A stretch of DNA of 64,000 nt from Nitrososphaeria archaeon (GCA_027078545.1 JALWXN010000004.1:416001-480000), one strand, 5' to 3'. Counted from the stretch's first letter, positions 27,479 through 38,408 are shown. The notes: generated from the letters alone by a model not told the origin. Program-made: numbers and translations.

Positions 27479-27786
27479 TCATGGAGAGCCTACTATTCAC
27501 ATCCGCGGCGCTGGTGGCTATAGGCCTCTACATGGTCTCGACGAAGAGGAACCTCATGAAGATAGTTATTGGCCTAGAGATCCTAGCAACGGGTGTGAAC
27601 CTAAGCTTCATAGCCATGGGGTTCATCAGGACTGGTGGCCTGACGGACCCCCTTCCCCAGGCCATCGTGGTTACAGCTATCGTCCTTGACGGTGTCTTGG
27701 TTGGTGTAGCCCTAGCCCTTACCCTCGTGGTCTTCCGCCGTTTCAAGACGCTCGATGTTGATAGGCTTCGTAACCTGAGGTGGTAG
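27475..27786 (+). CDS. nuoK: Complex I-like subunit K
   Basis: IGLY...KRNLMKIVIGLEI, TLDVDRLRNLRW. Confidence 0.88.
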   Translation: MIMESLLFTSAALVAIGLYMVSTKRNLMKIVIGLEILATGVNLSFIAMGFIRTGGLTDPLPQAIVVTAIVLDGVLVGVALALTLVVFRRFKTLDVDRLRNLRW

Positions 27787-27789
27787 GCG

Positions 27790-29838
27790 ATGGCGCTCCT
27801 GGCGCTCCTCCCATGGGTATTCCCATTTATCGTGGCGGCCACACTCCCCCTGGTCGCGAAGCTGGGTGGGAAGGCTAGGGACTGGTACGCAGTATCTGGT
27901 GGCCTGGTATCTGGGCTATCATCACTATTGATAGGTATAGACTCCTTCGACGGTAGGCTGGACTACCTCGGCGGGGCTAAGATGCCCTACGACCTTGTCC
28001 TGGCGGAGTGGATACCTGTAGATGGGTACCGCGTCACCTTCGGAGTCCTACTCGATAGTCTAAGCATATTCATGGCGAACGTCGTGGCACTGATAGGGAC
28101 GCTCATACTGATCTACTCAGTAGAGTATATGCATGGGGACGAGGGGATACTCCGTTACTGGATGCTTATGAATATCTTCATAGGCTCTATGCAGGTCCTC
28201 GTCCTAGGCGACTCCCTCCTCGCCATGTTCTTCGGCTGGGAGGGCGTGGGCTTCGCTAGCTATGGCTTGATAGGCTACTACTATAGGGATGAGAAGGAGT
28301 ATTGGATCGGCCCCTACCCCCCTACCCACGCCGGTATGAAGGCCTTCATAACCACTAGGATTGGTGATGTAGGCCTCCTAGTAGCCACTATAGTCATATT
28401 CCTAACCTCTGGGACGATGAACTTCCTAGACCTGGCTAGTGAGCCTGGATGGGCCGCTGAGCTGGCTAGGTCCGGTGTACTGGCAGCTACACTCCTCCTA
28501 GCACTTCTAGGGCCTATAGGGAAGTCTGCCCAGTTCCCCCTACACGAGTGGCTCCCCGAGGCTATGGCTGGACCCACGCCTGTAAGTGCATTGATACATG
28601 CTGCCACGATGGTTAAGGCCGGTGTATACTTCCTAGCCAGGTTCACCGGGATCCTCTACGAGGTCTACTGGGCCCTCGAGGAGGTCGGTGTGAGTATATG
28701 GGGTGAGCTCAGCCTATTCTACACAGCAGTGGCGTTTGTAGGTGCCTTCACAGCCTTCCTCGCCGCGAGCCAGGGTATGGTGTCGGACCAGATTAAGAAG
28801 GTTCTGGCATACTCCACTGTGAGCCAGCTGGGCTATATGTTCGCCGCCTTCGGGATGGCTGGGCTGCTTATAGAGCATCCGAAGGCCTTCGCCGATGTAT
28901 ATGCAACTGGTATCTACCACCTGAGTAGCCACGCCATATTCAAGGCCCTACTATTCCTCTCGGCCGGTGTGGTTGGACACGCTGTCCATAGCTACCTCTT
29001 CAGGGATATGGGTGGGCTTAGGAGGTATATGCCCTTCACATACTCGGTAATGATGGTCGGCTCCCTCGCCCTTGCAGGTGTCCCGCCCTTCAACGGCTTC
29101 TGGAGTAAGGACGCGATTCTCCACGCTGCGTATGTGGAGGGCTTTGGATATGTATACCTAGTCCTCGCGGTATCGGCTATACTCACGGGTTTCTACACTT
29201 TCAGGATGATGGGCCTGGCCTTCCATGGGGAGGAGAGTAGCCATGTTAGGCATATGGTTGAGGAGGGCCACCCACCCCATGACCCTGGCCTATTGATGAA
29301 GGCTCCCCTAGCCATACTGGCTATTGCCACCGTTGTCTCGGGCTTCCTCCTACCGATGCTTGGGAGCTACTTCAAACCGCTATTCAAGTTTATGGGTGTC
29401 CCTGAGGAGGAGCTTCTAGGTATAAAGATATTCAAGTCTCCAGACTTCTTCATAGCAACCGTCTCCAGCCCACTCTTCCTAGTGGCTATGGGTATAGTGG
29501 CTATGGGCGTAATACCCTCATACATGATCTACCTAGCCGGTAGGTATGACCCTGCCAAGCTGGTCTCTGGGCCGCTCAAGCCTATATGGAGCTTCCTCTA
29601 CAACAGGTGGTATATCAACGCCCTCTACTACAAGGTCTTCGTCGATGGTGTCTATGCCCTTTCACGTGGCCTGTTTAACTACTTCGAGGTGACGGGTGGG
29701 GGTGAGGCGTTTAAACAGCTATACGTCTCCCTCTCAGAGGCTGCGAGGAAGATCCAGACCGGTTATCTGAGGATGAACATGTCGTATATGCTGCTCGCAC
29801 TGGTGCTGATGACTATTCTCTACATGGTGGTGGTGTAG
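27790..29838 (+). CDS. nuoL: Complex I-like antiporter subunit L
   Basis: GWEGVG..SY.LIG, KSAQFPLHEWLPEAMAGPTPVSALIHAATMVKAG. Confidence 0.95.
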   Translation: MALLALLPWVFPFIVAATLPLVAKLGGKARDWYAVSGGLVSGLSSLLIGIDSFDGRLDYLGGAKMPYDLVLAEWIPVDGYRVTFGVLLDSLSIFMANVVALIGTLILIYSVEYMHGDEGILRYWMLMNIFIGSMQVLVLGDSLLAMFFGWEGVGFASYGLIGYYYRDEKEYWIGPYPPTHAGMKAFITTRIGDVGLLVATIVIFLTSGTMNFLDLASEPGWAAELARSGVLAATLLLALLGPIGKSAQFPLHEWLPEAMAGPTPVSALIHAATMVKAGVYFLARFTGILYEVYWALEEVGVSIWGELSLFYTAVAFVGAFTAFLAASQGMVSDQIKKVLAYSTVSQLGYMFAAFGMAGLLIEHPKAFADVYATGIYHLSSHAIFKALLFLSAGVVGHAVHSYLFRDMGGLRRYMPFTYSVMMVGSLALAGVPPFNGFWSKDAILHAAYVEGFGYVYLVLAVSAILTGFYTFRMMGLAFHGEESSHVRHMVEEGHPPHDPGLLMKAPLAILAIATVVSGFLLPMLGSYFKPLFKFMGVPEEELLGIKIFKSPDFFIATVSSPLFLVAMGIVAMGVIPSYMIYLAGRYDPAKLVSGPLKPIWSFLYNRWYINALYYKVFVDGVYALSRGLFNYFEVTGGGEAFKQLYVSLSEAARKIQTGYLRMNMSYMLLALVLMTILYMVVV

Positions 29839-29839
29839 G

Positions 29840-31336
29840 ATGCTGGTCTCACTATCACTCTATATACTCGTTATCGGGGCACTGGTTGCCTATCTAGCCG
29901 CTGAGAAGATGGGTGCGAAGACTGGCTACCTAGTCTTCGCGTTTATAGCGGCTGCACAGGGGATTACGCACTACGCATATGTCTATAGCAGGCCGTACAT
30001 AGAGAGGATCTCCTGGGTCGATATACCGGGCTTCATGGAGATGACCCTATTCTTCAAGGTCGATGGCATCGGCTTCGTCTTCGTCACGATAATAATGACG
30101 GTTACGGCCCTAGCCGCGATATACAGCGTGGGCTACATGGATCACGCCGAGAATATTAGGGTCTACTACCTAGCCTACCTGGTGTACGTGGCGGGGATGT
30201 ATGGAGCCATCGTCAGCTACAACCTGATCCAGTTCTTCTTCTTCTGGGAGCTGATGCTGATACCTAGCTACTACATGATCGCTGAGTGGGGCTATGGGGA
30301 TAGGAGGAGGGTCGCCTTTAAATACTTCCTCTATACCCAGCTGGGCAGTATCCTCCTGATCATAGCTATAGCTATACTGGGTGTCCTGAGTACTGAGAAG
30401 ATAGGTGTGCTCACCTTCGACCTAGACGCTCTCTACAGTATGGTGGGGAGTATAGACCTCGCTACCCAGAGGCTCCTCCTCTTCCTCATGCTCATAGGCT
30501 TCGGTGTCAAGATGGCTCTGGTCCCGCTGCATGGCTGGCTCCCGGAGGCCCATGCAGAGGCGCCTACACCTATAAGTGTCATATTGAGTGGTGTCATGAT
30601 AGAGATAGGTCTATACGGCCTGATCAGGTATACGATACCCTTCACTCTCGACGTCTGGGGCTCCGAGTTCTTCACTAACCTCCTCTTGGGCCTGGCACTC
30701 CTAACCCTGTTCTATGGTGGGTTGAACGCGTTGGTTCAGAGGGATGTTAAGAGGCTCCTGGCCTACAGTAGTATCAGCCAGATGGGCTATATGTTCCTCG
30801 GAGTAGCAGCCCTGAACTTCGTCTCGCTGGAGGGGGGTATCTACCATGTGTTTAGCCATGGACTCTTGAAGGCCCTCCTCTTCATGGTCGCGGGTGTAAT
30901 GATCCATGTAGTGGGTGTGAGGAGTCTTGACCAGCTGGGTGGCCTGGCCGGTAAGATGCCCTTGACAGCCTCACTAGCCATTATAGGGGCTATGGGTATT
31001 GCTGGGCTACCCGGTATAGCCGCCTTCATCAGCGAGTTCATGATCTTCGGGGGTGTCTGGGAGGCGAATACACCCTATAGACTAGCCTTCCTCTTCATAG
31101 CTGTCCTAGGCTCCGCCCTCTCCGCTGCATATATGACGGTCTTCATTAGGGAGATATTCTTCAGAGAGTTGCCGGAGGAGTTGGAGGGGGTTGGTGAGGC
31201 CCCGCTCACCATGCTTATACCCATGGCCGGCCTAGCATTACTCGCCATCGTCTTCGGGGTATATCCCAAGCCTCTACTAGACATCCTGGTGGCTGGTCTC
31301 GAGGAGTTCTTCGCCGCTATAGGGGGTGTAGCATAG
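29840..31336 (+). CDS. nuoM: Complex I-like antiporter subunit M
   Basis: FFFWE.MLIP, KYFLYT, PLHGWLPEAHAEAP, LAYSS.S.MG. Confidence 0.92.
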   Translation: MLVSLSLYILVIGALVAYLAAEKMGAKTGYLVFAFIAAAQGITHYAYVYSRPYIERISWVDIPGFMEMTLFFKVDGIGFVFVTIIMTVTALAAIYSVGYMDHAENIRVYYLAYLVYVAGMYGAIVSYNLIQFFFFWELMLIPSYYMIAEWGYGDRRRVAFKYFLYTQLGSILLIIAIAILGVLSTEKIGVLTFDLDALYSMVGSIDLATQRLLLFLMLIGFGVKMALVPLHGWLPEAHAEAPTPISVILSGVMIEIGLYGLIRYTIPFTLDVWGSEFFTNLLLGLALLTLFYGGLNALVQRDVKRLLAYSSISQMGYMFLGVAALNFVSLEGGIYHVFSHGLLKALLFMVAGVMIHVVGVRSLDQLGGLAGKMPLTASLAIIGAMGIAGLPGIAAFISEFMIFGGVWEANTPYRLAFLFIAVLGSALSAAYMTVFIREIFFRELPEELEGVGEAPLTMLIPMAGLALLAIVFGVYPKPLLDILVAGLEEFFAAIGGVA

Positions 31337-32821
31337 ATGATAATGGTTAACCCCGTCGTGGATATACTCTTGATATCGGGCTTGGCGGCCGTGATCGTCC
31401 CCCTGCTGGGTGGGCTGGTCAGGGCTGAGAAGAGGTTCCTAGGCCTGATAGGCGTCTTGGCGTATATAGCGTTGCTCGCCTATCTCCTACAGCCAGATGT
31501 CTGGGGCTCGGTCCATAGGTATGAGCCTTTCCAGGGCCTCTTCAGCAGCTCCCTCACCCTCGACGGGTTCAGCAAGTTCTTCATCCTGGTATTCACACTC
31601 CTGGCTATCCCGGTCTATCTACACTCCATAGACTATATGGCTAGGGATAGGAACCTAGTCCTATACTACACCCTGACAGGTATAATGATGTTTGGCCTCA
31701 TAGGCCTATCGATGGCTGACGACCTCTTCACATTCTTCGTCTTCTGGGAGGCCATGGCTATAAGTAGCTATGTCCTGGTCGGCTTCAGGTATCATCTGGA
31801 CGAGCCTGTGGAGGCGGCTGTGAAGTATCTCGTGATGAGTGGTGTGGCTAGCCTCCTAATGCTCTACGGCATAAGCATTATCTATGGCTTGGTGGGGAGT
31901 CTACGTATATCCGCCGTCGTGGCCTATCTACAGGGAGGTGTGGCTGGCCAGGCTATATATCCCGTCCTCCTCGCCGCTACACTACTATTCATAGGCTTCG
32001 GTGTGAAGGCTGCATACTTCCCGTTCTGGACCTGGCTACCAGATGCCCATCCCGCAGCTCCGAGCCCCATATCCGCCCTCCTATCAGGCATAGTTATCAA
32101 GGCTGGTATAGTGGGTCTCGCCAAGTTCGCCCTCCCCTTCATAGACCTGCTCGACGATGTCTTCTACCCAGCCCTAGTCATAGTCACTGTTGTTACTATA
32201 ACTCTGGCCAATCTAATGGCACTTATGCAGAGTGATGTGAAGCGTCTATTGGCTTATAGTAGCATAGCCAACATTGGCTTCGTATTGATAGGCTATGTCT
32301 CCGCCCTCTACGGAGCTGGTGTAGTGGGGCTGGCCGCAGCCTTCTCCCACGTCTTGAGCCACGCCCTGGGGAAGGGCCTGGCATTCCTGGCTGTGGGCGG
32401 CATACTCTATGTGCTCCACTCTAGGGCGATAGTGGATCTGGAGGGGTTTGGGAAGAGGTATCCGGGCCTCTCGATAGCCCTCATGATCGCCCTACTAAGC
32501 CTGAGTGGCCTACCGCCCCTCCCAGGCTTCTGGAGTAAGTGGCTCCTAATACTCTCCGCCTGGGAGGCTGGTGAGTACCTAATCGCCGGTGTAGGTGTGT
32601 TCAACAGTGTTTTGGCGGCTATCTACTATCTATGGCTCTTCCAGAGGATATTCTTCTCCGAGCCGCGTGTGGAGAGCCGTGTAGAGGTGCCTGGCTACCT
32701 ATTGACCTCCCTAACTATCCTGATCTTCATAATGGTGGCTATCGGGGTATATCCAGAGCTGATGTATAGCTATGCCTTCGAGGCTGCAAGGGCGTTGGCA
32801 CCCCTCCTAGCAACGCCTTAA
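31337..32821 (+). CDS. nuoN: Complex I-like antiporter subunit N (MrpD-like)
   Basis: EAAVKYL, W.PD, KRLLAYSSIA, GLPPLPGF.SK; last antiporter gene of the operon. Confidence 0.85.
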   Translation: MIMVNPVVDILLISGLAAVIVPLLGGLVRAEKRFLGLIGVLAYIALLAYLLQPDVWGSVHRYEPFQGLFSSSLTLDGFSKFFILVFTLLAIPVYLHSIDYMARDRNLVLYYTLTGIMMFGLIGLSMADDLFTFFVFWEAMAISSYVLVGFRYHLDEPVEAAVKYLVMSGVASLLMLYGISIIYGLVGSLRISAVVAYLQGGVAGQAIYPVLLAATLLFIGFGVKAAYFPFWTWLPDAHPAAPSPISALLSGIVIKAGIVGLAKFALPFIDLLDDVFYPALVIVTVVTITLANLMALMQSDVKRLLAYSSIANIGFVLIGYVSALYGAGVVGLAAAFSHVLSHALGKGLAFLAVGGILYVLHSRAIVDLEGFGKRYPGLSIALMIALLSLSGLPPLPGFWSKWLLILSAWEAGEYLIAGVGVFNSVLAAIYYLWLFQRIFFSEPRVESRVEVPGYLLTSLTILIFIMVAIGVYPELMYSYAFEAARALAPLLATP

Positions 32822-32855
32822 ATCCTCTCCACAACATTTTTTCCCTGGGGATCTG

Positions 32856-33716
32856 ATGCTGTGGAGTGGTGAGGCTAGGCACTACCTCCTCAACCAGGAG
32901 GCTGGCTATGGAGTTCTCCAGGCGGTTGTGGAGAGCCTTGTGAATAGGTGTCTGGGGGAGAGGCTCTCAGAACCTATAGTTGTGACCCACTCTATAGAGG
33001 AGCCCATAAAAATCCTCGGCTTCTACAGCCCCGGGGTATATGGAGCCAATACATATAGACGCTTCACCGGTGGCCGGGAGTACCTGGGTGACGACCTCCT
33101 ATATATTGGGATACTACTCCCCGGGGGCATCGGCCTGAGAGAGGTTTACTCCCGCTTGGTGGAGATGCTCATGGATCTTGGGCTTAGGCCTGGTAAGGGC
33201 TGGATAGAGGGTGGAGGTGTCTATGGAGCCACCAGGTTTGGGGATGTGGGGCTGGCTGAGATCCTGGTGCCCAGGGGTATGGATATAGGGGGGCAGGTGC
33301 TGGATCTATTCACCCGTGTCTCGAGGCATGTCTATAGTGTGAGGGGGCTCGAGAAGTATAGGGGGTTGCAGTATAGGTCCCGGTCCTGGGTCGGGTACTC
33401 GGCTGGCGAGGGGGATATTGAGGAGGTTATAGGTGATAGGGAGGGGTTCTGGATGAGGCTTGTCCTCTATATGCATGAGATATATATTAGGGAGGCGAGG
33501 GTGGAGGGCTCCTTCTACGCGGCTCCCCCAGCAGCTCCATACAACATCATGGCCTTCCTGAGGGGTGCACATGTGGATGAGCTCATCTTCTACCAGGCCG
33601 AGCTCTCCTGGAGGAAGATGGAGTTCCTAGGCCTGGATATGGAGGAGGTGGTAGGCCTCCTTAGGAGGGCATATATATCCGCCGAGAAGTATATATCGAG
33701 TGTGGAGGAGGGTTAG
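32856..33716 (+). CDS. Divergent lipoate-protein ligase-like protein
   Basis: RRFTGG (cf. RRxxGGG) and C-terminal EARVEGSFYAAP (cf. LplA C-domain GDFF). Confidence 0.5.
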   Translation: MLWSGEARHYLLNQEAGYGVLQAVVESLVNRCLGERLSEPIVVTHSIEEPIKILGFYSPGVYGANTYRRFTGGREYLGDDLLYIGILLPGGIGLREVYSRLVEMLMDLGLRPGKGWIEGGGVYGATRFGDVGLAEILVPRGMDIGGQVLDLFTRVSRHVYSVRGLEKYRGLQYRSRSWVGYSAGEGDIEEVIGDREGFWMRLVLYMHEIYIREARVEGSFYAAPPAAPYNIMAFLRGAHVDELIFYQAELSWRKMEFLGLDMEEVVGLLRRAYISAEKYISSVEEG

Positions 33717-33756
33717 AGGGGTTTTATCACGGTAGTGGCTGGAAAATCCTTTTGGT

Positions 33757-34041
33757 ATGAGGGTGAAGGCGGTCTTCATACAGGAGTTTTATAGGGAGAT
33801 GGGTGGCCACTCAATGGATCTCGAGGTGCCTGACGGGATAACTGTCAGGGAGTTGATAGACTATATAGATAGGAGGGTGAAGCCCGGCTTCAAGGAGATG
33901 TTGATGGAGGGGGATAGCCTTAGATACCCCGTGGAGATAGCGGTGAATGGGAGGAGGATCGACTTCCTAGACGGGCTAGACACTGTTTTGAAGGATGGTG
34001 ATAGAGTGCTTTTTTCGCCGAGGGCTCTATTCGTATTATAG
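33757..34041 (+). CDS. MoaD/ThiS-family ubiquitin-like protein lacking the C-terminal GG
   Basis: TVRELI, VNGRRIDFLDGLDTVLKDGD; ends SPRALFVL. Confidence 0.85.
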   Translation: MRVKAVFIQEFYREMGGHSMDLEVPDGITVRELIDYIDRRVKPGFKEMLMEGDSLRYPVEIAVNGRRIDFLDGLDTVLKDGDRVLFSPRALFVL

Positions 34042-34050
34042 TGGATAGCG

Positions 34051-34335
34051 ATGCCCGTGGTCCGGGTGAAGACCCTAGGAAGCCTCTATACCCTGCTCGG
34101 TAGGATGGAGCATGAGGTGGAGGTTGGGGACGGGGCTGATGTATGGGCTGTGCTGGGGAAGCTTATGGAGATGTATCCAGTCCTTAGGAGGGAGATCCTA
34201 GACGAGGAGGGTAGGCTACGTGAGGATCACAGGGTACTCCTCAATGGGAGGGACATCACACACCTCAACGGTGTAAAAAGTAGGGTGGTGGATGGGGATC
34301 GTATCGCGATCATCCCGCCCGTTGGCGGCGGCTAG
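34051..34335 (+). CDS. MoaD/SAMP-family ubiquitin-like sulfur carrier
   Basis: LNGRDI.HL.G...DGD.IAIIPPVGGG. Confidence 0.9.
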   Translation: MPVVRVKTLGSLYTLLGRMEHEVEVGDGADVWAVLGKLMEMYPVLRREILDEEGRLREDHRVLLNGRDITHLNGVKSRVVDGDRIAIIPPVGGG

Positions 34336-36203
34336 GCGACGATACCCTTGAACTCATCTAGGCCCAGCCTCTCCAAGGTCTCTGGGAGTGGCTTCCCATC
34401 TACCCAGCCCCTGAGCCTATAGTACTCTGGTAGGTACTTCTCCAAGGCCTCCTTCGCCGTCTTACCCTTGGCTGGTCCGTCGGGCAGCGGCTCCTCCATC
34501 AGCCTCTTGGGTAGGCCGTCCCTATAGTTTATACCCTCCCTCACAGCGAATAGCCTCTCAGTATTGTATATCCTCTCACCGGTGATGAGCATCTCCTCTA
34601 CCGTGTAGTCCTCCCAGCCAGTGGCTGCCTTCATGACGCCTAGATAGTCCTCCGGCCCTGTGGAGAAGGTGTTGAACTTACATACAATCATGGAGTCGAT
34701 GTAGGCGAAGTAGTCCTGCTGGAGCTTGACGTACTCCACCTTCTTCATGTCTATGGAGAGTGGGTCGAACTTCTCGGGGACTCCTAGGACGTCGAAGCTC
34801 ACCGCGTATGCCCTTAGGTGGCAGCCTCCCCTGTTGCTGGTGGCGTATGCTAGGGCCATACTGTTTATACCCCTCGGGTCGTAGGCCGGCATCTCCATAC
34901 CCCTTACATGTACAGCTATGTCCGGGGCTCCGAAGTACTCCGCCAGCCTCTTGGCCCCCTCGGCAACGTAGTCGCCTATCCTGTTCCTATAGGCGGCCAT
35001 CCATATCAGGTTTAGGAGTGCCTCCTCATTACCCCATACCGGGTTGACGTCTCCCGCCAGCTCGATGAGCTCCTTCGCCTTATCCTCGGGGAGCTCACCC
35101 TTCTGGGCCTTCTCATAAAGCTCCATCAGGGTTGCAACGGTGGCGCCGAAGCTTATTGTGTCGAAGCCCATGTCGTTCATGAGGTAGTTGGCCTTTATCA
35201 GGGACTCCAGGTTGCCTATCATTGTGTCGGCGCCGCTGGCCCATATCGTCTCGTACTCGGGCCCCTCGCTGAGTGGTGTCCTGTAGGGACCCTCCTCCAC
35301 CTCGGAGACCCTGCTACACTGTATGGCGCATCCCCAGCAGCCCTTCCTAGCCTTCAGGTATACCTCTGCCAGCCTCTCACCACTGATGTCTGGGGCCTTC
35401 TCGAAGGTTCCTCTCTGCCAGTTCTTCGTCGGTAGGGCTCCATGCTCATTTATTATATTGACTAGGACGGAGGTCCCGAACTGATAGAGGCTCTGGCTGA
35501 TCGGGTGGTCCATAATCTTCTTGATCAGGGTCTTGGCCTCCTCGAAGAACCTCTTCTTGTCGTATAGCTCATTTGTCGGCTTCCTCTTCCCATATGCCCA
35601 TATAGCCTTTACACCCTTGGAGGCTATGACGGAGGCCAGGCCCGCGCGCCCGGCTGCCCTATACTTGTCGTTCATGACCGCGGCTATCCTACTCAGGTTC
35701 TCGGCGGCCGGGCCTACTGACAATATGCTGCCGACACTCTCATCGGTTATCCCTACCTCCTCCCTGATAACCTTCTCGGTGTGGAATACCCCCTTCCCCC
35801 AGAGCTTCTTCGCGTCGTGGAACTCCACCTCCCCGTCGACTATGCTTATCCATACGGGCTCGTCCGACTTCCCCTCTAGGACGACTCCGTCATAGCCCGC
35901 GAATCTGAGCCAGGGGCCGAACTGGCCTCCGCTGTTGGCGTCTCCAAGGATCCCGGTCAGGGGGCTCTTGGCGACTACGTGGTACCTACCGCTCTCTATA
36001 GATGCTGTCCCAACTATTGGGCCGGTGAGTATGTAGACCTTGTTCTCCGGGCCGAAGGGGTCTGCCCCCTTCGGTATCTCCTTGAGGGCTAGATATGCTC
36101 CGAGCCCCCTGCCGCCTATGAACTTCCTGATCACGCCGCCGTTGAGGACGTCGACCCTGGTCTTCATACTGCTTAGGTCTATCCTGAGGAGTTTGAACTC
36201 CAT
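34332..36203 (-). CDS. aor: Tungsten aldehyde:ferredoxin oxidoreductase family
   Basis: LRIDLS, IGGRGL, KSPLTG, AAGR.G, CWGCAIQC, GPEYET, DTIS.G, YATSNRGGCH. Confidence 0.93.
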   Translation of the reverse strand: MEFKLLRIDLSSMKTRVDVLNGGVIRKFIGGRGLGAYLALKEIPKGADPFGPENKVYILTGPIVGTASIESGRYHVVAKSPLTGILGDANSGGQFGPWLRFAGYDGVVLEGKSDEPVWISIVDGEVEFHDAKKLWGKGVFHTEKVIREEVGITDESVGSILSVGPAAENLSRIAAVMNDKYRAAGRAGLASVIASKGVKAIWAYGKRKPTNELYDKKRFFEEAKTLIKKIMDHPISQSLYQFGTSVLVNIINEHGALPTKNWQRGTFEKAPDISGERLAEVYLKARKGCWGCAIQCSRVSEVEEGPYRTPLSEGPEYETIWASGADTMIGNLESLIKANYLMNDMGFDTISFGATVATLMELYEKAQKGELPEDKAKELIELAGDVNPVWGNEEALLNLIWMAAYRNRIGDYVAEGAKRLAEYFGAPDIAVHVRGMEMPAYDPRGINSMALAYATSNRGGCHLRAYAVSFDVLGVPEKFDPLSIDMKKVEYVKLQQDYFAYIDSMIVCKFNTFSTGPEDYLGVMKAATGWEDYTVEEMLITGERIYNTERLFAVREGINYRDGLPKRLMEEPLPDGPAKGKTAKEALEKYLPEYYRLRGWVDGKPLPETLERLGLDEFKGIVA

Positions 36204-36367
36204 GGTACCACCCTTGAACTAATATCACTAGTAAATATCCCCAGTTGGAGATTTAAAGGGGTTTATGCCTAAGCATCATCTTAGGTGATATCCCCCACGC
36301 TATTCAACGGGGCCCAGCTAGAATAGACCCTGGAATAAATAGGCTACCCCCCTTAACTATTCTGGGG

Positions 36368-37123
36368 ATGGGGATGGAGTTCCGGATCGAGCTGGAGCTT
36401 GAGAAGGGGCTTGAGAATGTCTACCTAGTGGCTGGGCTACCCGGTATGGGGCTCTCAGGTAAGCAGGCTGTGGACCACCTGATAAAGGTGCTCGACGTTG
36501 AGAAGGTGAGCCGTATAGAGACCCCCTTCCTCAACCCTCCAGGGATAACCACTGTGAACGGTGTCGTGGAGGATATGCTTACAGAGGTCTTCAACTTCTT
36601 CCATGCGGAGAAGGATGGTAAGAACCTTATAATCTTTACCGGTGAGGTCCAGCCCATGAGCCCTGAGTGGCAGCACATAATGTCTAGGGCCGTGGTTGAG
36701 AGTGTTAAGGAGTTTGATGTGAAGGCTGTCTTCACCCTTGCAGCCACGCCTATAGAGAGCTATAAGTATGATGTCGATGTCTATGGTGTGGCCACCTCTA
36801 AACAGTTCCTCAGTGAGCTGGTGACGTATGGCGTTGTCCCTATGGCTGGGCAGGGCGCTATAAGTGGGATGAACGGCCTGATAATAGGCTATGCGAAGAT
36901 GTATGGGTTGAGGGGGGCCTCGCTACTGGCAGAGACCTATCTAAAGTCTGCCCAGGACTTTATAGCGCCCTATGCACTCCTTAGGATGCTCTCCAAGATC
37001 CTCAAGATAGATGTTGATCTGAAGGAGCTGGAGGAGAGGAGGCAGATGTTCCACCAGGAGTATCTGAGGCATCTACGCGAGGCGGAGAGGGAGGATAAGT
37101 CTGGGCTCGGCTACATATCCTAG
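36368..37123 (+). CDS. PAC2-family proteasome assembly chaperone homolog
   Basis: AGLPGMG..GK.A.DHL, ISGMNGL; C-terminal LGYIS. Confidence 0.85.
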   Translation: MGMEFRIELELEKGLENVYLVAGLPGMGLSGKQAVDHLIKVLDVEKVSRIETPFLNPPGITTVNGVVEDMLTEVFNFFHAEKDGKNLIIFTGEVQPMSPEWQHIMSRAVVESVKEFDVKAVFTLAATPIESYKYDVDVYGVATSKQFLSELVTYGVVPMAGQGAISGMNGLIIGYAKMYGLRGASLLAETYLKSAQDFIAPYALLRMLSKILKIDVDLKELEERRQMFHQEYLRHLREAEREDKSGLGYIS

Positions 37124-37136
37124 TTGGGTGGGCCCC

Positions 37137-38075
37137 ATGCTGAGGGTAGGTGTACATACCTCGATATCGGGTGGTATTGATAAGAGTGTCGACCGTGCCT
37201 ATGAGCTTGGATGCACAGCTTTCCAGATCTTCACCAGGAATCCACGTGGATGGAAGGGTGCCCAGCTGAGGCCTGAGGAGGTCGCCCTCTACAGGGCTAA
37301 GGTTGAGAGGTATGGCTTCCTAGGATATAACGTGGCCCACATGCCCTACCTACCAAACCTCTCCTCACCTGACGAGGGGATCTACAGTAGGAGCCTAGAC
37401 GTGCTGATAGAGGAGGTTAGGCGGTGTGGGGAGCTGGGTATACCATACCTAGTCATCCACCTTGGTAGCCATATGGGGAAGGGGTTTGAGAAGGGTCTGG
37501 AGAAGCTTGTAGCCGCTGTCGAGACCGGGGTTACTAAGGTTCGCAACAGGGTGATGATCCTCCTGGAGAACATGGCTGGACAGAGGAATAACATGGGGAG
37601 CCTATTCGAGGATCTAGGCAGGCTCTACGAGAGGGTCTCCCACCTAGGAGACAGGGTAGGGATATGCTTCGACACTGCCCACGCGTTCTCCGCGGGCTAT
37701 GACCTATCAACCCCGGAGGGTGTGGATAAGGCTTTTGAGGAGTTCGACTCCCTAGTGGGTTGGAAGAATGTCTATGTGATACATCTCAACGATAGTAAGC
37801 ATCCCGTTGGGAGTGGGAGGGATCATCATGAGCATATAGGGCTGGGATACATTGGTGAGGAGGGATTCAGGGCTATCCTCTCGAAGCCCTATATAAGGTC
37901 GAAGCCCCTCATCCTCGAGACGCCTGTCGACGAGGTTAGGGGTGATGTGGGTAATATAGCTACTGTCTGGAGACTGGCTGGTGAGGAGCCTCCAAGGGAG
38001 ATTATCGAGAGATGGGTTAAGTATACTGAGAAGGATGTGGTCGATAGAAAAATAGTGGAGGAGTGGATCAGATAG
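37137..38075 (+). CDS. nfo: Endonuclease IV
   Basis: GVHTSISGG, QIF..NPR.W, H.PYL.NL, LENMAG, CFDTAH, HLNDSK, DHHEHIG, LETP. Confidence 0.95.
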   Translation: MLRVGVHTSISGGIDKSVDRAYELGCTAFQIFTRNPRGWKGAQLRPEEVALYRAKVERYGFLGYNVAHMPYLPNLSSPDEGIYSRSLDVLIEEVRRCGELGIPYLVIHLGSHMGKGFEKGLEKLVAAVETGVTKVRNRVMILLENMAGQRNNMGSLFEDLGRLYERVSHLGDRVGICFDTAHAFSAGYDLSTPEGVDKAFEEFDSLVGWKNVYVIHLNDSKHPVGSGRDHHEHIGLGYIGEEGFRAILSKPYIRSKPLILETPVDEVRGDVGNIATVWRLAGEEPPREIIERWVKYTEKDVVDRKIVEEWIR

Positions 38076-38408
<333 letters not shown>

